DNA of 64,000 bases from Patescibacteria group bacterium (GCA_018897195.1 JAHILH010000004.1:83678-147677); one strand, 5' to 3'. Positions 20,230 to 30,145 are shown, numbered from the stretch's first letter. Program-made: numbers and translations. The notes: a model not told the origin generated them from the letters alone.

Positions 20230-20976
20230 CTATTTTTTGGATTTTAAATACTTTAGAGCTAAATCATATAAAATTTTAAAAGTATTCGCTATTTCCTTAT
20301 TTTCAATAATTACACCGCTCGACGGACCACTTTGGGATATAATCCTGATTTTATTTCCAAAAATGGCAATATCACTATTAATTTTATAATCCTTTGACGA
20401 TATTCGTACCACATCAGCGTCTGTTTTTAATCTTTTTTTATCATCATTGGTTATAATTTCAGCATTTATTTTTTTATTCTGTCTTTTTTTCCTCATTTCC
20501 AAAACTTCTTCTTCGGTAAACATTTTCAACAAAAGATCATAAGAATATATCATTCTAAGTTTTTCATCACCATTCTTAAAATCAAATATCTCTTCTGCGA
20601 TTGCCCTCATGCCTTCCTTGCCTTCAAAATACCTAACAGTTGGGCCCTCTTTGTCTCTAGATTTTAATGCTTTTAAATTCGGTAATATCCTATCTAAATA
20701 CTCTTGCTTTTTTTGTATCTCCATTGCCTGCTCTCGAAACAATAAATTTAATTTCTCCGGTGATTCCGCATAAAAATATTGCTTTTTATTCTCATAGGCG
20801 CTACTCATTAACCCCTTTTGAATTAAAGATTCAATAACTACATAAGTAGTAGCTCTATTCACTTTTGCCTTTTCAGAAATCTTCTGCACGGTGCTTTGTC
20901 CCAGCTCTAAAGTAGCTAAATAAACCTTAGCCTCTTTCTCGGCTAAACCGAGATTTTTCAATTCTTTATAATCCAT
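20230..20976 (-). CDS. TrmB-family transcriptional regulator (N-terminal wHTH + C-terminal ligand/PLD-like domain)
   Basis: LKNLGLAEKEAKVYLATLELG...RATTYVVIESLIQKGL...AESPEKL; VRYFEGKEG; DIAIFGNKI...GVIIENKEIA. Confidence 0.9.
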   Translation of the reverse strand: MDYKELKNLGLAEKEAKVYLATLELGQSTVQKISEKAKVNRATTYVVIESLIQKGLMSSAYENKKQYFYAESPEKLNLLFREQAMEIQKKQEYLDRILPNLKALKSRDKEGPTVRYFEGKEGMRAIAEEIFDFKNGDEKLRMIYSYDLLLKMFTEEEVLEMRKKRQNKKINAEIITNDDKKRLKTDADVVRISSKDYKINSDIAIFGNKIRIISQSGPSSGVIIENKEIANTFKILYDLALKYLKSKK

Positions 20977-21006
20977 ATATAATATTTATTATTAATATCT
21001 AATTAC

Positions 21007-21047
21007 AGTATAGCAAAAAAAACAAAAAATGTCAACGAGCGTTGACA
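21007..21047 (-). promoter_or_regulatory. trmB promoter; -35 embedded in a TGTCAA-N6-TTGACA palindrome (also the yvcK terminator hairpin)
   Basis: Minus strand TGTCAA-cgctcg-TTGACA-17-TATACT. Confidence 0.75.
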
Positions 21048-21059
21048 TTTTTTTTCTAT

Positions 21060-22016
21060 TTATATAATCTTCTCAATAATCGCCGCTAACTTCTCCTCAT
21101 CATGTCGGACAATTCCTCCCTGGGTACTAACAATATCCTCCCTAATTACCGTCCGTCCATTCCACTTTTTCTCGCGGTGCATTTTAACCGGCTCTGCTTT
21201 TTGTTTCTTATATTGTTGTAAAATCTTTTTATCCAGAATCTTCGAATTAAAAATCACAAAATCGACTTTTCGCCCCATCGCTTTTTCCAAATCATAAACA
21301 AAATCCTCGCCTTTAAAATTATCTGTTTCACCAAACTTGGTCATCACATTGACTACGTAAATTATTTTCGCTTGGGTTTTTTTAATCTCCTCTTTCACCT
21401 CGGCTATTAAAAAGTTCGGGATAATACTAGTAAACAAATCACCAGGTCCAACAACGATATATTTCGCCTGCTTAATTGCCTTTAACACCGGTGGATAGAC
21501 CTTGATACAATTAGCATGATGTGGCACAAGATAGGTTTTTTTAATTTTTTCTCTTTGATTCCCGCGGGGAACATCAATCGCCGCTTCGCCATAAAGACGA
21601 CTACCGTCTGTTAGTTCAGCCACCAAAGTAGCTTTGTCGGTGGTAACCGGCAAAACCTGACCCTTAATATCCAAAACTTCGCCCAAGGCCTTAATGCCGT
21701 CTGGAAAAGAACCAGCATATTGCGACAAAATCGACAGTAACATATTGCCAGCATTGTGTCCGCTCAAACGATTATCGGAATTAAATCTTTTTTGCAAAAT
21801 TTTACGTGCATAGTCACGATCTGGAGACAAAGCCAGGACACATTTCAAGACATCTCCAGGCGGCAAAACCCCCAACTCATCACGAAGGCGACCAGTGCTG
21901 CCACCACTATCCACCATGGAGACCACAGCCTTAATATTTATATTTTTAACATCGCGCAAACCGGAAAGGAGGACAAATTGTCCAGAGCCGCCACCGATAG
22001 TTACAATATTTTTCAT
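21060..22016 (-). CDS. yvcK: YvcK/GlmR (UPF0052) family protein
   Basis: IGGGSG, VDSGGSTGRLR, LPPGD, GHNAGN, GPGDLFTSIIP. Confidence 0.93.
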   Translation of the reverse strand: MKNIVTIGGGSGQFVLLSGLRDVKNINIKAVVSMVDSGGSTGRLRDELGVLPPGDVLKCVLALSPDRDYARKILQKRFNSDNRLSGHNAGNMLLSILSQYAGSFPDGIKALGEVLDIKGQVLPVTTDKATLVAELTDGSRLYGEAAIDVPRGNQREKIKKTYLVPHHANCIKVYPPVLKAIKQAKYIVVGPGDLFTSIIPNFLIAEVKEEIKKTQAKIIYVVNVMTKFGETDNFKGEDFVYDLEKAMGRKVDFVIFNSKILDKKILQQYKKQKAEPVKMHREKKWNGRTVIREDIVSTQGGIVRHDEEKLAAIIEKII

Positions 22017-22021
22017 AGATC

Positions 22022-22357
22022 TTATTTTTTAACTAGCACATCCTCCATTTTCAAAATTTTCTTCACAACAATATATAATATTGTCATGACAATCAAGAAA
22101 GTCAAAGCGCTATTAATTACAATTCCAATATTAAATTCCACTCCATTAACAAGGTAAACCAGTTGACTAACACCTTCACCTGGAATCATTAAATTAATCG
22201 AGGGCATTAAGATACCTTTAACCAAGGAGTCAACCAAGTCTTTCACGATTTGGGCGACCACCACACCAATAGCCATACCGATTATGGCATTGTTTTTTAA
22301 AAACTCAAACAAGCCTACCCAAAGTGATTTATGCTTATCTCTTATTGCTCCAATCAT
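22022..22357 (-). CDS. mscL: MscL-family mechanosensitive channel
   Basis: EFLKNNAIIGMAIGVVVA...LVDSLVKGILMP; two TM helices. Confidence 0.8.
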   Translation of the reverse strand: MIGAIRDKHKSLWVGLFEFLKNNAIIGMAIGVVVAQIVKDLVDSLVKGILMPSINLMIPGEGVSQLVYLVNGVEFNIGIVINSALTFLIVMTILYIVVKKILKMEDVLVKK

Positions 22358-22376
22358 AGATTTAAAAATTAATTAA

Positions 22377-23111
22377 TTATTTCTTTTCATTCGCTTCTTT
22401 ATCACATAAACAAAGAACATCGCGATGTAGCCATAATAAAGAAGCTGGATTTTGAGTAGAAATTTTCTTCTCTTTAAATTTAGCAAATATTTCTTGTTTG
22501 CTTTTACCGCTAACTAAAAATAACACTTTCTTCGCTTCAAAAATACTGCGCATTCCTAATGTTAAACCATAAGAAATATGACCATCGCTTTTCTCTGTCA
22601 TGGTGTGATGTAAAGTCTGCTCACTTAGATTGTGCGCCACGTGCGCTTCTAATTCCAAAGTTTCAGCTGGATCGTTAAGCCCAATATGCCCGTTCTTACC
22701 AAGACCCAAGATACACAAATCAATCCCGCCCAAAGCGTCAATCTTGACTTGATAATCAACCAAGCTTTGTTCCATTTTTTCTGGAGTGTTGTCGAAAGTA
22801 ATATAACGATCACTAGAAACATTTAGTGGAACAATAATTTTTTCATTAATCTCGGTTTCACAAGTGGCTGGATCATTCAACGGCACGCCACCCCATTCAT
22901 CTAGTTTTATAATATAAATTTGTGCAAATAGCTCTGGTGATTTAACACGCTCTGCGGCCAACAATTCATAAGTCCGACTAGGCGTCGCCCCGGTCGCAAT
23001 ACTTATTACCGTTCGTTGCTTCTTTTTTAAAGCCTTAATAATTTCTTCAGCTGCTTTCTGGCTCATTGCCTCGTAGTTTTTGACCACTTTGATTTTAAAT
23101 TTATTCTTCAT
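22377..23111 (-). CDS. Glucosamine/galactosamine-6-phosphate isomerase/deaminase family
   Basis: ATGATP, KLDEW, LGLGKNGHIGLNDP, PASLLWLH; start moved to MKNKF. Confidence 0.9.
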   Translation of the reverse strand: MKNKFKIKVVKNYEAMSQKAAEEIIKALKKKQRTVISIATGATPSRTYELLAAERVKSPELFAQIYIIKLDEWGGVPLNDPATCETEINEKIIVPLNVSSDRYITFDNTPEKMEQSLVDYQVKIDALGGIDLCILGLGKNGHIGLNDPAETLELEAHVAHNLSEQTLHHTMTEKSDGHISYGLTLGMRSIFEAKKVLFLVSGKSKQEIFAKFKEKKISTQNPASLLWLHRDVLCLCDKEANEKK

Positions 23112-23250
23112 ATTTTTGCGCCACGCCATATTTTTTTTAGCGATAACTGGATTAAAAATTTAATCAATATCTTAATTTTATCATCTATAACACTTTTAAG
23201 CAAACAAAAACTGTTCGCAATAGAGAACAGTTTTTTTATATAAAGCTATA

Positions 23251-23541
23251 TTATTTTTTCTTTTTCTTATCTTTCCCGGAATAGTCCTTGGCAATTTCAA
23301 CTACTTTTTTTATACCCTCACTGATCAACAATAAATAAGATGTACTATGTTCGATTTTTTCCTTCACGCTCTGAATCACATCGTCAATTTTGTTAAGTCG
23401 TTCTCGCGTTTCGCGGACTATTTTAAAAAGATCGCGTACGATTTGAACCAAATAATAAAGCAGTATAAAGGTAATCGCCGATAAACTAATTACGGCTGCT
23501 GTTTTTGCAATATTTAAGATGTCTTGTGAAGTTTCAAACAT
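23251..23541 (-). CDS. Membrane-anchored coiled-coil hypothetical protein
   Basis: 96 aa, one TM helix plus amphipathic helix; immediately follows pheT. Confidence 0.7.
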   Translation of the reverse strand: MFETSQDILNIAKTAAVISLSAITFILLYYLVQIVRDLFKIVRETRERLNKIDDVIQSVKEKIEHSTSYLLLISEGIKKVVEIAKDYSGKDKKKKK

Positions 23542-23544
23542 ATT

Positions 23545-25989
23545 TTAAAAATTTCTTACCTTCGCCTCAAACCTTTCTTCGATTTTTTTGATCAAATCAT
23601 TTTGCCATTGATCAACCTCCTCGGAAGTCAGGGTCTTTTCAGCTTGGTAGATAATATGAAAAGCTAAGTTTTTGTTATCTTTGCCAATTTTCTCACCTTG
23701 ATAAATATCAAAAAGTTCAACCTCCTTGATGTATTTATTAAAATTTTTAATCTCGGCTACAATATCATTATACAATATTTTTTCATTTACCACAAAGGCT
23801 AAGTCGCGAGTTAAGGCTGGATATTTTTCAGATGGCACATACATCTTAGCAAAAGACTCATCGATAGTTTGCAAAAGTGACTTTAAAATAATTTCCACAA
23901 ACACCACCTTCTTTTTAAGGCCGTTTTTCTTGGCGATTTCGTCATCCATTTTACAAATATTGCCCAATTCAGTCTTACCGCAACAAATAGTAGCCGACAT
24001 TTCAGGATTAGCCCAGTTGGGAATAGATTCTATAAAATCAAATTTCACTTTCAAGTCCAAGTTCGCCAGTAAGTGCTCAACCACTCCCTTGGCTTCACCA
24101 AACAACTCCACGTCATTTTTGCCTGCCAATATAATACCTAGTCTTTTTTCTTGATATGGGATGCTTTCCTTGGAATCGGTGCTTTTCTTCACACTGCTTT
24201 CAGTATCAACAAAAACTGAACCGATTTCAAAAAATTTCAAATCATCATATCGCGCTTGATTAGCGCGAATGTTGTTGAACATATTTGTCGCCAAAGTTTG
24301 ACGTAACATTGTTTGATGGGAAGCAATTGGATTTGCCAAGCGGATATGTTTGGAGAAATCTACTCCCAGTTTTTTAAGCTGCTCCTCACCTACAAATGAA
24401 TAATTATAAATTTCAGTCAATGCTGGTGCGCCTGATAGTATTTTTCTAATTTTTCTTTCCAAGGCTTTATCTCTTTTCAACTCCACTGACTCAATCATAA
24501 TTTCCGGCATCACTGCCTCAATGTTATTAAAACCGTAAATACGCGCAATCTCCTCAACGATATCTTCTTTTAGTTCAACATCCTTTGTTGCCCGCCAAGT
24601 GGGAATAGTCACGGCTAAAACGTCTTCTTTTTTATCGACACCAAAGCCAAGACTGGTTAAAATTCGTATAATCTCTTTTTCTTCAATTTTCTGCCCAATA
24701 GTCTGAGCAATCCAATTAGCTGTTAGTTCCACTGGTCCAGTTGTTAAATGAAATTCTTTTTGATCAGTAACCTCGCTAATCACTTTCGCGCCCGGCACGA
24801 TTTTCTTAATCAATTCCACCGCGCGCATCAATGCCACGTCACACAGACTCGGGTCCAAGCCTTTTTCATAACGCATTGACGCTTCACTGCGTAAAGCCAG
24901 CTTGCCTGATGTTTTCCTAATAGAGGTATAATTAAAATTTGCTGATTCTAAAATAATCTTTTTAGTCTTATCATCAACTTCGCTACTCTCACCACCCATT
25001 ACACCAGCAATTGCCAAAACTTCTTCATCATTGGCAATTACCAACATCTCACTGTCTAATTTTCTTGTCTCGCCATCAAGGGTTACTACCACCTCATCCT
25101 TCTTGGCATTCCGTACAGTAATTTTTACTTTCTGATTCTTTTTCATTTTTTTAATTTCTATTTTTGAAAAATCAAAAGCATGCATTGGTTGTCCCAATTC
25201 AAACATTACATAATTCACCGCGTCCACAATATTGTTAATCGGCTTCACATTAATCGCTGTTAATCGTTCTTGCATCCATTTCGGAGAAGACTTCACGGTA
25301 ATACCATCCATTGCCACTGCCATATAGCGCGGACATAATTTAAAATCATCATTTCTTACCTCTATCTCAATTTCCTCATTAGCTTCTTTTTTCAAAACGT
25401 CTACATTAGGCTTATACTCATTAAACTTCTCATCCAAAATTACTGCCAACTCCCTGGCAATACCCATGTGTCCCCAAAGATCCGGTCGATTGGATAAAGA
25501 TTTATTATCAACTTCTAGAATTGTGTCCTTAAAATCTAAATAATCCGCAAAATCCTGACCAACTTTGGCTTTTTCCAATATCATAATCCCCTCATGATTC
25601 TCACCCAATCCCAATTCATCTTCGGCGCATAACATACCAAAAGATTTCTCCCCACGGACTTCCGCCTCCCTAATTTCAATATTACCAGGCAAAACTGTGC
25701 CTACGGTTGCAACTGGCACCAATTGTCCAACCTCAATATTCGGCGCACCACAAACAATATCTAATTTTTCGCTTCCCGTGTCCACTTTGGCCAATTGCAA
25801 ACGATTCGCATTTGGGTGTTTGCTAATTTCCAAAATCTTACCAACCACTACTCCCTTAAATTTCTCCGATTGTTCTTTAATACCTTCAACTTCAACTGTA
25901 TGCATCGTCAAAACCTCACCAATCTTTTCCGCCGTTGTCGACTTTGGTAAATTTACATATTCTTTTAACCAATTTAAACTTAAATACAT
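23545..25989 (-). CDS. pheT: Phenylalanyl-tRNA synthetase beta subunit
   Basis: SLNWLKEY, IVCGAPN, NRPDL, B3/B4, B5 and FDX-ACB (RDLAF) domains. Confidence 0.98.
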   Translation of the reverse strand: MYLSLNWLKEYVNLPKSTTAEKIGEVLTMHTVEVEGIKEQSEKFKGVVVGKILEISKHPNANRLQLAKVDTGSEKLDIVCGAPNIEVGQLVPVATVGTVLPGNIEIREAEVRGEKSFGMLCAEDELGLGENHEGIMILEKAKVGQDFADYLDFKDTILEVDNKSLSNRPDLWGHMGIARELAVILDEKFNEYKPNVDVLKKEANEEIEIEVRNDDFKLCPRYMAVAMDGITVKSSPKWMQERLTAINVKPINNIVDAVNYVMFELGQPMHAFDFSKIEIKKMKKNQKVKITVRNAKKDEVVVTLDGETRKLDSEMLVIANDEEVLAIAGVMGGESSEVDDKTKKIILESANFNYTSIRKTSGKLALRSEASMRYEKGLDPSLCDVALMRAVELIKKIVPGAKVISEVTDQKEFHLTTGPVELTANWIAQTIGQKIEEKEIIRILTSLGFGVDKKEDVLAVTIPTWRATKDVELKEDIVEEIARIYGFNNIEAVMPEIMIESVELKRDKALERKIRKILSGAPALTEIYNYSFVGEEQLKKLGVDFSKHIRLANPIASHQTMLRQTLATNMFNNIRANQARYDDLKFFEIGSVFVDTESSVKKSTDSKESIPYQEKRLGIILAGKNDVELFGEAKGVVEHLLANLDLKVKFDFIESIPNWANPEMSATICCGKTELGNICKMDDEIAKKNGLKKKVVFVEIILKSLLQTIDESFAKMYVPSEKYPALTRDLAFVVNEKILYNDIVAEIKNFNKYIKEVELFDIYQGEKIGKDNKNLAFHIIYQAEKTLTSEEVDQWQNDLIKKIEERFEAKVRNF

Positions 25990-26007
25990 ATATTATAAAA
26001 ATTAATT

Positions 26008-27033
26008 TTAAAATTGTTCCAAAAATCTCATATCACCGCTATTAAAAGTTCGAATATCCTCGATACCATATTTCAACATTGTTAAACGATTCAAGCCGAA
26101 GCCAAAGGCAAAGCCAGTATATTCATTTGGATCAATACCACCTGCCTTCAAAACATTCGGATGAATCAAGCCACAGCCACCAACCTCTAACCAGCCCGTC
26201 TTCTTACACAAATTACAACCCTGCCCATTGCAAAGAAAACAAGTATATTCAATGTTGGCACCTGGTTCTACAAATGGATAAAACTTCGGACGCATCCGCA
26301 CCTGTGTTTCCGCACCGTATAAACGCTTGCCAATCTCGGCTAAAATGCCTTTTAAATGTGAGAAATTAATTTTCTTATCAACCATCAAACCCTCAAATTG
26401 ATAAAAAGTATGTTCATGGCGCACATCAGTTGCCTCACAACGAAATGTTCGTCCTGGCACCACCGCGCGCAGGGGCGCACCATGTTCCTGCATCGCTCGC
26501 ACCTGCACTGGTGAAGTGTGCGTGCGCATCACCAAATCCATATCTCCATCTTTATTTTTTTTATCAATATAAAAGGTATCCTGCATATCGCGTGCAGGAT
26601 GAGTCGAAGGAATATTCAAAGCTTCAAAATTATAAAAATCACTTTCTAGTTCCGGCCCCTCCAAAATCATAAAACCCATCGACATAAACAAATCTTCCAG
26701 CTCATCTTGCACAAGAGAAATCGGATGAATATGACCACGGGCGATTTTCTTACCGGGTAAGGTTACATCCATAAAACCAATTTTATCTTCAGCTGTTAAT
26801 TCTTTTCTAATATCCAAAAAAGCTTGTTGTATATCGTTTTTAATTTCATTAGCCAGTTTGCCAATTTTTTTGCGTTCGTCCGCTCCCAAATCAGACAAGC
26901 TGCGCAACAGTGTCGTCAATTCACCCTTGCGTCCCATATATTTAGTCTCTAACTCGCTCAAAAACTCCGAGTCTTTCACCTCTTTTAACTTCGTCAAAAT
27001 TTCTTCTTTAATTTTTTGTAATTCTTTTTGCAT
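26008..27033 (-). CDS. pheS: Phenylalanyl-tRNA synthetase alpha subunit
   Basis: HPARDMQDTFY, RTHTSPVQ, YPFVEP, GFAFGFG. Confidence 0.98.
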   Translation of the reverse strand: MQKELQKIKEEILTKLKEVKDSEFLSELETKYMGRKGELTTLLRSLSDLGADERKKIGKLANEIKNDIQQAFLDIRKELTAEDKIGFMDVTLPGKKIARGHIHPISLVQDELEDLFMSMGFMILEGPELESDFYNFEALNIPSTHPARDMQDTFYIDKKNKDGDMDLVMRTHTSPVQVRAMQEHGAPLRAVVPGRTFRCEATDVRHEHTFYQFEGLMVDKKINFSHLKGILAEIGKRLYGAETQVRMRPKFYPFVEPGANIEYTCFLCNGQGCNLCKKTGWLEVGGCGLIHPNVLKAGGIDPNEYTGFAFGFGLNRLTMLKYGIEDIRTFNSGDMRFLEQF

Positions 27034-27112
27034 ATACGTATATTATAAAAGCCTAGGGCTTTTTGTCTAGTCGGAATACTAAAACTCAACGACTGTAAAA
27101 TAAATTTAAAAA

Positions 27113-27496
27113 CTAGTTAACCGGCTTCTCATATCCCAACAAGAAAAATTCTAAAATTGACAACCCACCAATCAGATAAAACAAATTCAACCACGTAAAT
27201 AAATCCTTTGCTAATAAATACAGGCCAATCACCACTAACAATGAAAACAAGAACGATTGTCGAAAAGCCTCTTTTACTGATTTAAACGCCAAGGCCCTTT
27301 TCAAACCAACAAAACGCACCAAAAAGCCAACTATCGCCGCCGTGCCCACTAAAGAAATAAACAAGGTTGAATAGAACATCGTAAAGCCCACAAAATTAGT
27401 CTGCGTTGGATCAATTGTAAGCACCACATAACCAAACATTACCCAACAAACAAGGGTTAAGGCAATCATTGTTGCTAAATATTTTTTCAAATTCAT
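27113..27496 (-). CDS. Hypothetical 4-TM membrane protein
   Basis: 127 aa hydrophobic ORF with IDP and FRQ motifs. Confidence 0.75.
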   Translation of the reverse strand: MNLKKYLATMIALTLVCWVMFGYVVLTIDPTQTNFVGFTMFYSTLFISLVGTAAIVGFLVRFVGLKRALAFKSVKEAFRQSFLFSLLVVIGLYLLAKDLFTWLNLFYLIGGLSILEFFLLGYEKPVN

Positions 27497-27694
27497 ACCT
27501 TACAACCTTATCACCTTTTTTGATATTTTTCAAGATAAAAAAACTGGAAACTGAAAATGTTTATCTATTTTGCGACTTTTCCCAACACTACCATTGATTT
27601 TACATTTTTATAATTAATTTTACCCAATAATAGCAAAAAAACAGAGCTAGTTAAATTATCTTAACTAGCTCCAAAAATAAATAAAAAATTACTT

Positions 27695-27841
27695 TTATTT
27701 TTCTTTTTTTAAAAGAAGATTTTTACAACTAAAGTCTTTGGGGAAAGGATTTAGAAAAAAAAATCCTTTACACGTTTTAAATTGACAATATCGAAGACAT
27801 TGCTCCTTGTCTTTGCAATTCATTTTTGTGCCGCGTTGCAT
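27695..27841 (-). CDS. Unannotated 48-aa Cys-rich protein
   Basis: Strong SD AAGGAGGGTG; MQRGTKMNCKDKEQCLRYCQFKTCKGFFFLNPFPKDFSCKNLLLKKEK; directly follows the Zn-ribbon ORF. Confidence 0.6.
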   Translation of the reverse strand: MQRGTKMNCKDKEQCLRYCQFKTCKGFFFLNPFPKDFSCKNLLLKKEK

Positions 27842-27858
27842 TATTTCACCCTCCTTTT

Positions 27859-28056
27859 TTAATCTATTCCTTTGGAAAAGGAATAATTACCTTTTTCTAG
27901 GTCCGCGGGTAACGACAACACCTTTGCATTAGAGCCACAGATTGGGCACCCTGGTTGATAAGCCAAAAAATTATTGCCACATTTTTGACATTGATGCGTG
28001 TGTCTTAGTTCGCGCTCAAAGTTCGTAATACCATCATCTTCGGGATTTTCACACAT
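27859..28056 (-). CDS. Small Zn-ribbon protein
   Basis: CQKCG...CPICGS; SD AAGGAG. Confidence 0.7.
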   Translation of the reverse strand: MCENPEDDGITNFERELRHTHQCQKCGNNFLAYQPGCPICGSNAKVLSLPADLEKGNYSFSKGID

Positions 28057-28134
28057 GTATTATCTCCTTTGCAATTATTTATATAAAGAACAACATTTAT
28101 TTTACCTTTTCAATAAATATTAAAACGAGATCAT

Positions 28135-28641
28135 TTATTTTCTATCTAAAATTTTACCTGCAATATAACCATTAACTAACGAAAATATTAACACATAAAT
28201 CGAGACGACCACTGTAAAAGCTAGACCGAAATAATGAATCATAACTGGGATAAATACGGGTTGAACATTACGGTTACTAAAAAAAGCAACAATCAAGGAG
28301 TTTTTCATGCCATTTTTTTTCAACTCTCCAAAAATCGGAAACAGCACATATGGTGGGCCCACAATAATAACCGAGCCTATAACTACATAAAGCCACTTCC
28401 TCCATCCAACATCCGCCCCTAAGTGCTTCTTAATCATTTCCGGTTTAACGAAAAGATTAACTAAAAATATAATAATAAAAACTAAAACTAAAAAAGGCAA
28501 AACCCCTTGAAGCGCCGTCCAGGACTCCTCAAAAGCTTTTTTGGTTATTTCCTGCCTAAAATATCCAACTACAAAATAAACCAAAACAACTCCAAGTAGA
28601 AATTTTTGACCATTGGGTATTTTTTTAATAAAATTAAACAT
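28135..28641 (-). CDS. Putative permease (DUF318/ArsP-like half), subunit 2
   Basis: Hydrophobic; IKKHLG...GPPYVLFP motif; paired with the upstream gene. Confidence 0.75.
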   Translation of the reverse strand: MFNFIKKIPNGQKFLLGVVLVYFVVGYFRQEITKKAFEESWTALQGVLPFLVLVFIIIFLVNLFVKPEMIKKHLGADVGWRKWLYVVIGSVIIVGPPYVLFPIFGELKKNGMKNSLIVAFFSNRNVQPVFIPVMIHYFGLAFTVVVSIYVLIFSLVNGYIAGKILDRK

Positions 28642-28644
28642 ATA

Positions 28645-29055
28645 TTATTTCAAGATATTCATAGTCAGCACGGTTAAAATAGCAATAATAATTGAAGATA
28701 GAAAATTTAAAGAATTTCTAACAAAGGCAAAACGCTTACCAAAAATCGAAATCTCCAGTGGCAGCATAACCATCCCAACTGTTGCCCAGGTTAAAATAAA
28801 CGCAGTCACTGCCAAAAGACTAACCCCAGTTCTTAAAAGCTCTCCACCTGCCACGTAGCTTGCAATCGGAATACCAAAGGAGATACTACCGGCAATTGCC
28901 CCAATTAAGGGATCAATAAAATAATCTCCTGTAAAAATCTTTAAATAAAGCCCCTCTAGAAGCGGATTCAATAAACTAAACAACATCAAAACTCCCACCA
29001 CAATCGGTAAAGCCGTCTTGATGTTTTTGACAGTTTTTTGCAAAGCTTCCTTCAT
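28645..29055 (-). CDS. Putative permease (DUF318/ArsP-like half), subunit 1
   Basis: GAIAGSISFGIPIASY, TWATVG, FGKRFAFVRN. Confidence 0.75.
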   Translation of the reverse strand: MKEALQKTVKNIKTALPIVVGVLMLFSLLNPLLEGLYLKIFTGDYFIDPLIGAIAGSISFGIPIASYVAGGELLRTGVSLLAVTAFILTWATVGMVMLPLEISIFGKRFAFVRNSLNFLSSIIIAILTVLTMNILK

Positions 29056-29059
29056 TGTT

Positions 29060-29452
29060 TTATTTTGATAAACGAGTTAATATTTTTAAAATCTTATCTA
29101 ATTTTTCATTTGCAATTTCAAACTGATTAACACTTGTCTTGCTACTAAAACGTTCAATCTTATTATCATCGCCATCACTACTCTTAGCAAAACAAAAACT
29201 ACAAAGTATCGGTTTTTTACCATTCGGTTTAAACGGCACTTCACAGTCATTGCCACATTCACTACAAGTGGCTTTATATTTTGTCGACTTCTCATCTTTC
29301 TTCATGCCAAAACTTCTGCTAACCGGTATTTCCTCTCTTTTGCCACCAAAACTTCTTCCGCTGGGCTTGTCTCCCCTTCGACTACCATCAAAACTTCGAC
29401 CACTTGGTCTCTTGCTATCGCGCACATTATTATCTTTTTTAAAAGTTTTCAT
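29060..29452 (-). CDS. CxxC-x17-CxxC zinc-binding protein
   Basis: ATCSECGNDCEVPFKPNGKKPILCSFCF with an RG/SF-rich N-terminus; start placed at MKTFKK. Confidence 0.85.
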   Translation of the reverse strand: MKTFKKDNNVRDSKRPSGRSFDGSRRGDKPSGRSFGGKREEIPVSRSFGMKKDEKSTKYKATCSECGNDCEVPFKPNGKKPILCSFCFAKSSDGDDNKIERFSSKTSVNQFEIANEKLDKILKILTRLSK

Positions 29453-29617
29453 ATTTTTAAAGTATTTATTAATTAGATAAACTAAGAATAGCCTTGAAAT
29501 GGGAAAATAGCAAGAGTAAAAATACTTATTTGACAAACACCATTACACATACTAATATACTTAATTAAGTATAAATTTGTAAAATCGTTCTTTAATAATA
29601 AAAATGGAGACACTGCT

Positions 29618-30085
29618 ATGCCGTCATTTAACCATAAAACAAAAATATTGATTATTGAAAATGAAAACACGGCACGCACCATGGCCAGGGGTATGTTAAA
29701 TCGTATGGGCTATTTACAGGTTGACGAGGCAGAAGATGGCGAAATCGCTTGGAATAAAATCTTAACGAACGAACATCTTAAAAGTGTTCGTCCAATGTAC
29801 GAATTAATTTTGTGCGATTTAGACATGCCAAATATGTCTGGCCTCGACCTCTTAAATAAAGTCCGACTAGACATACGTTTTAAAAACATTCCCTTCATTA
29901 TGATAACGGGACATACCGCCCAAAGACATGTTGTCGCCGCAGCCGCCGTTGGCGTAGACGATTATCTCATCAAGCCACTAACGGAAAACCTCCTCCAGGC
30001 AAGCTTAAAGAAGGCTTATGAAAAATTCATCAAACGTCAAAAAAAACTAGAAAGCGTTAATGAAAAAATTTTCAAACGGCCATAA
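29618..30085 (+). CDS. CheY-like response regulator
   Basis: LCDLDMPNMSGLDLL, IMITG, YLIKP. Confidence 0.9.
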   Translation: MPSFNHKTKILIIENENTARTMARGMLNRMGYLQVDEAEDGEIAWNKILTNEHLKSVRPMYELILCDLDMPNMSGLDLLNKVRLDIRFKNIPFIMITGHTAQRHVVAAAAVGVDDYLIKPLTENLLQASLKKAYEKFIKRQKKLESVNEKIFKRP

Positions 30086-30145
30086 CAACAAAAGGGATCA
30101 TATTTTGATCCCTTTTTTATTTGTTAATAAATTTGGATTTATTTT

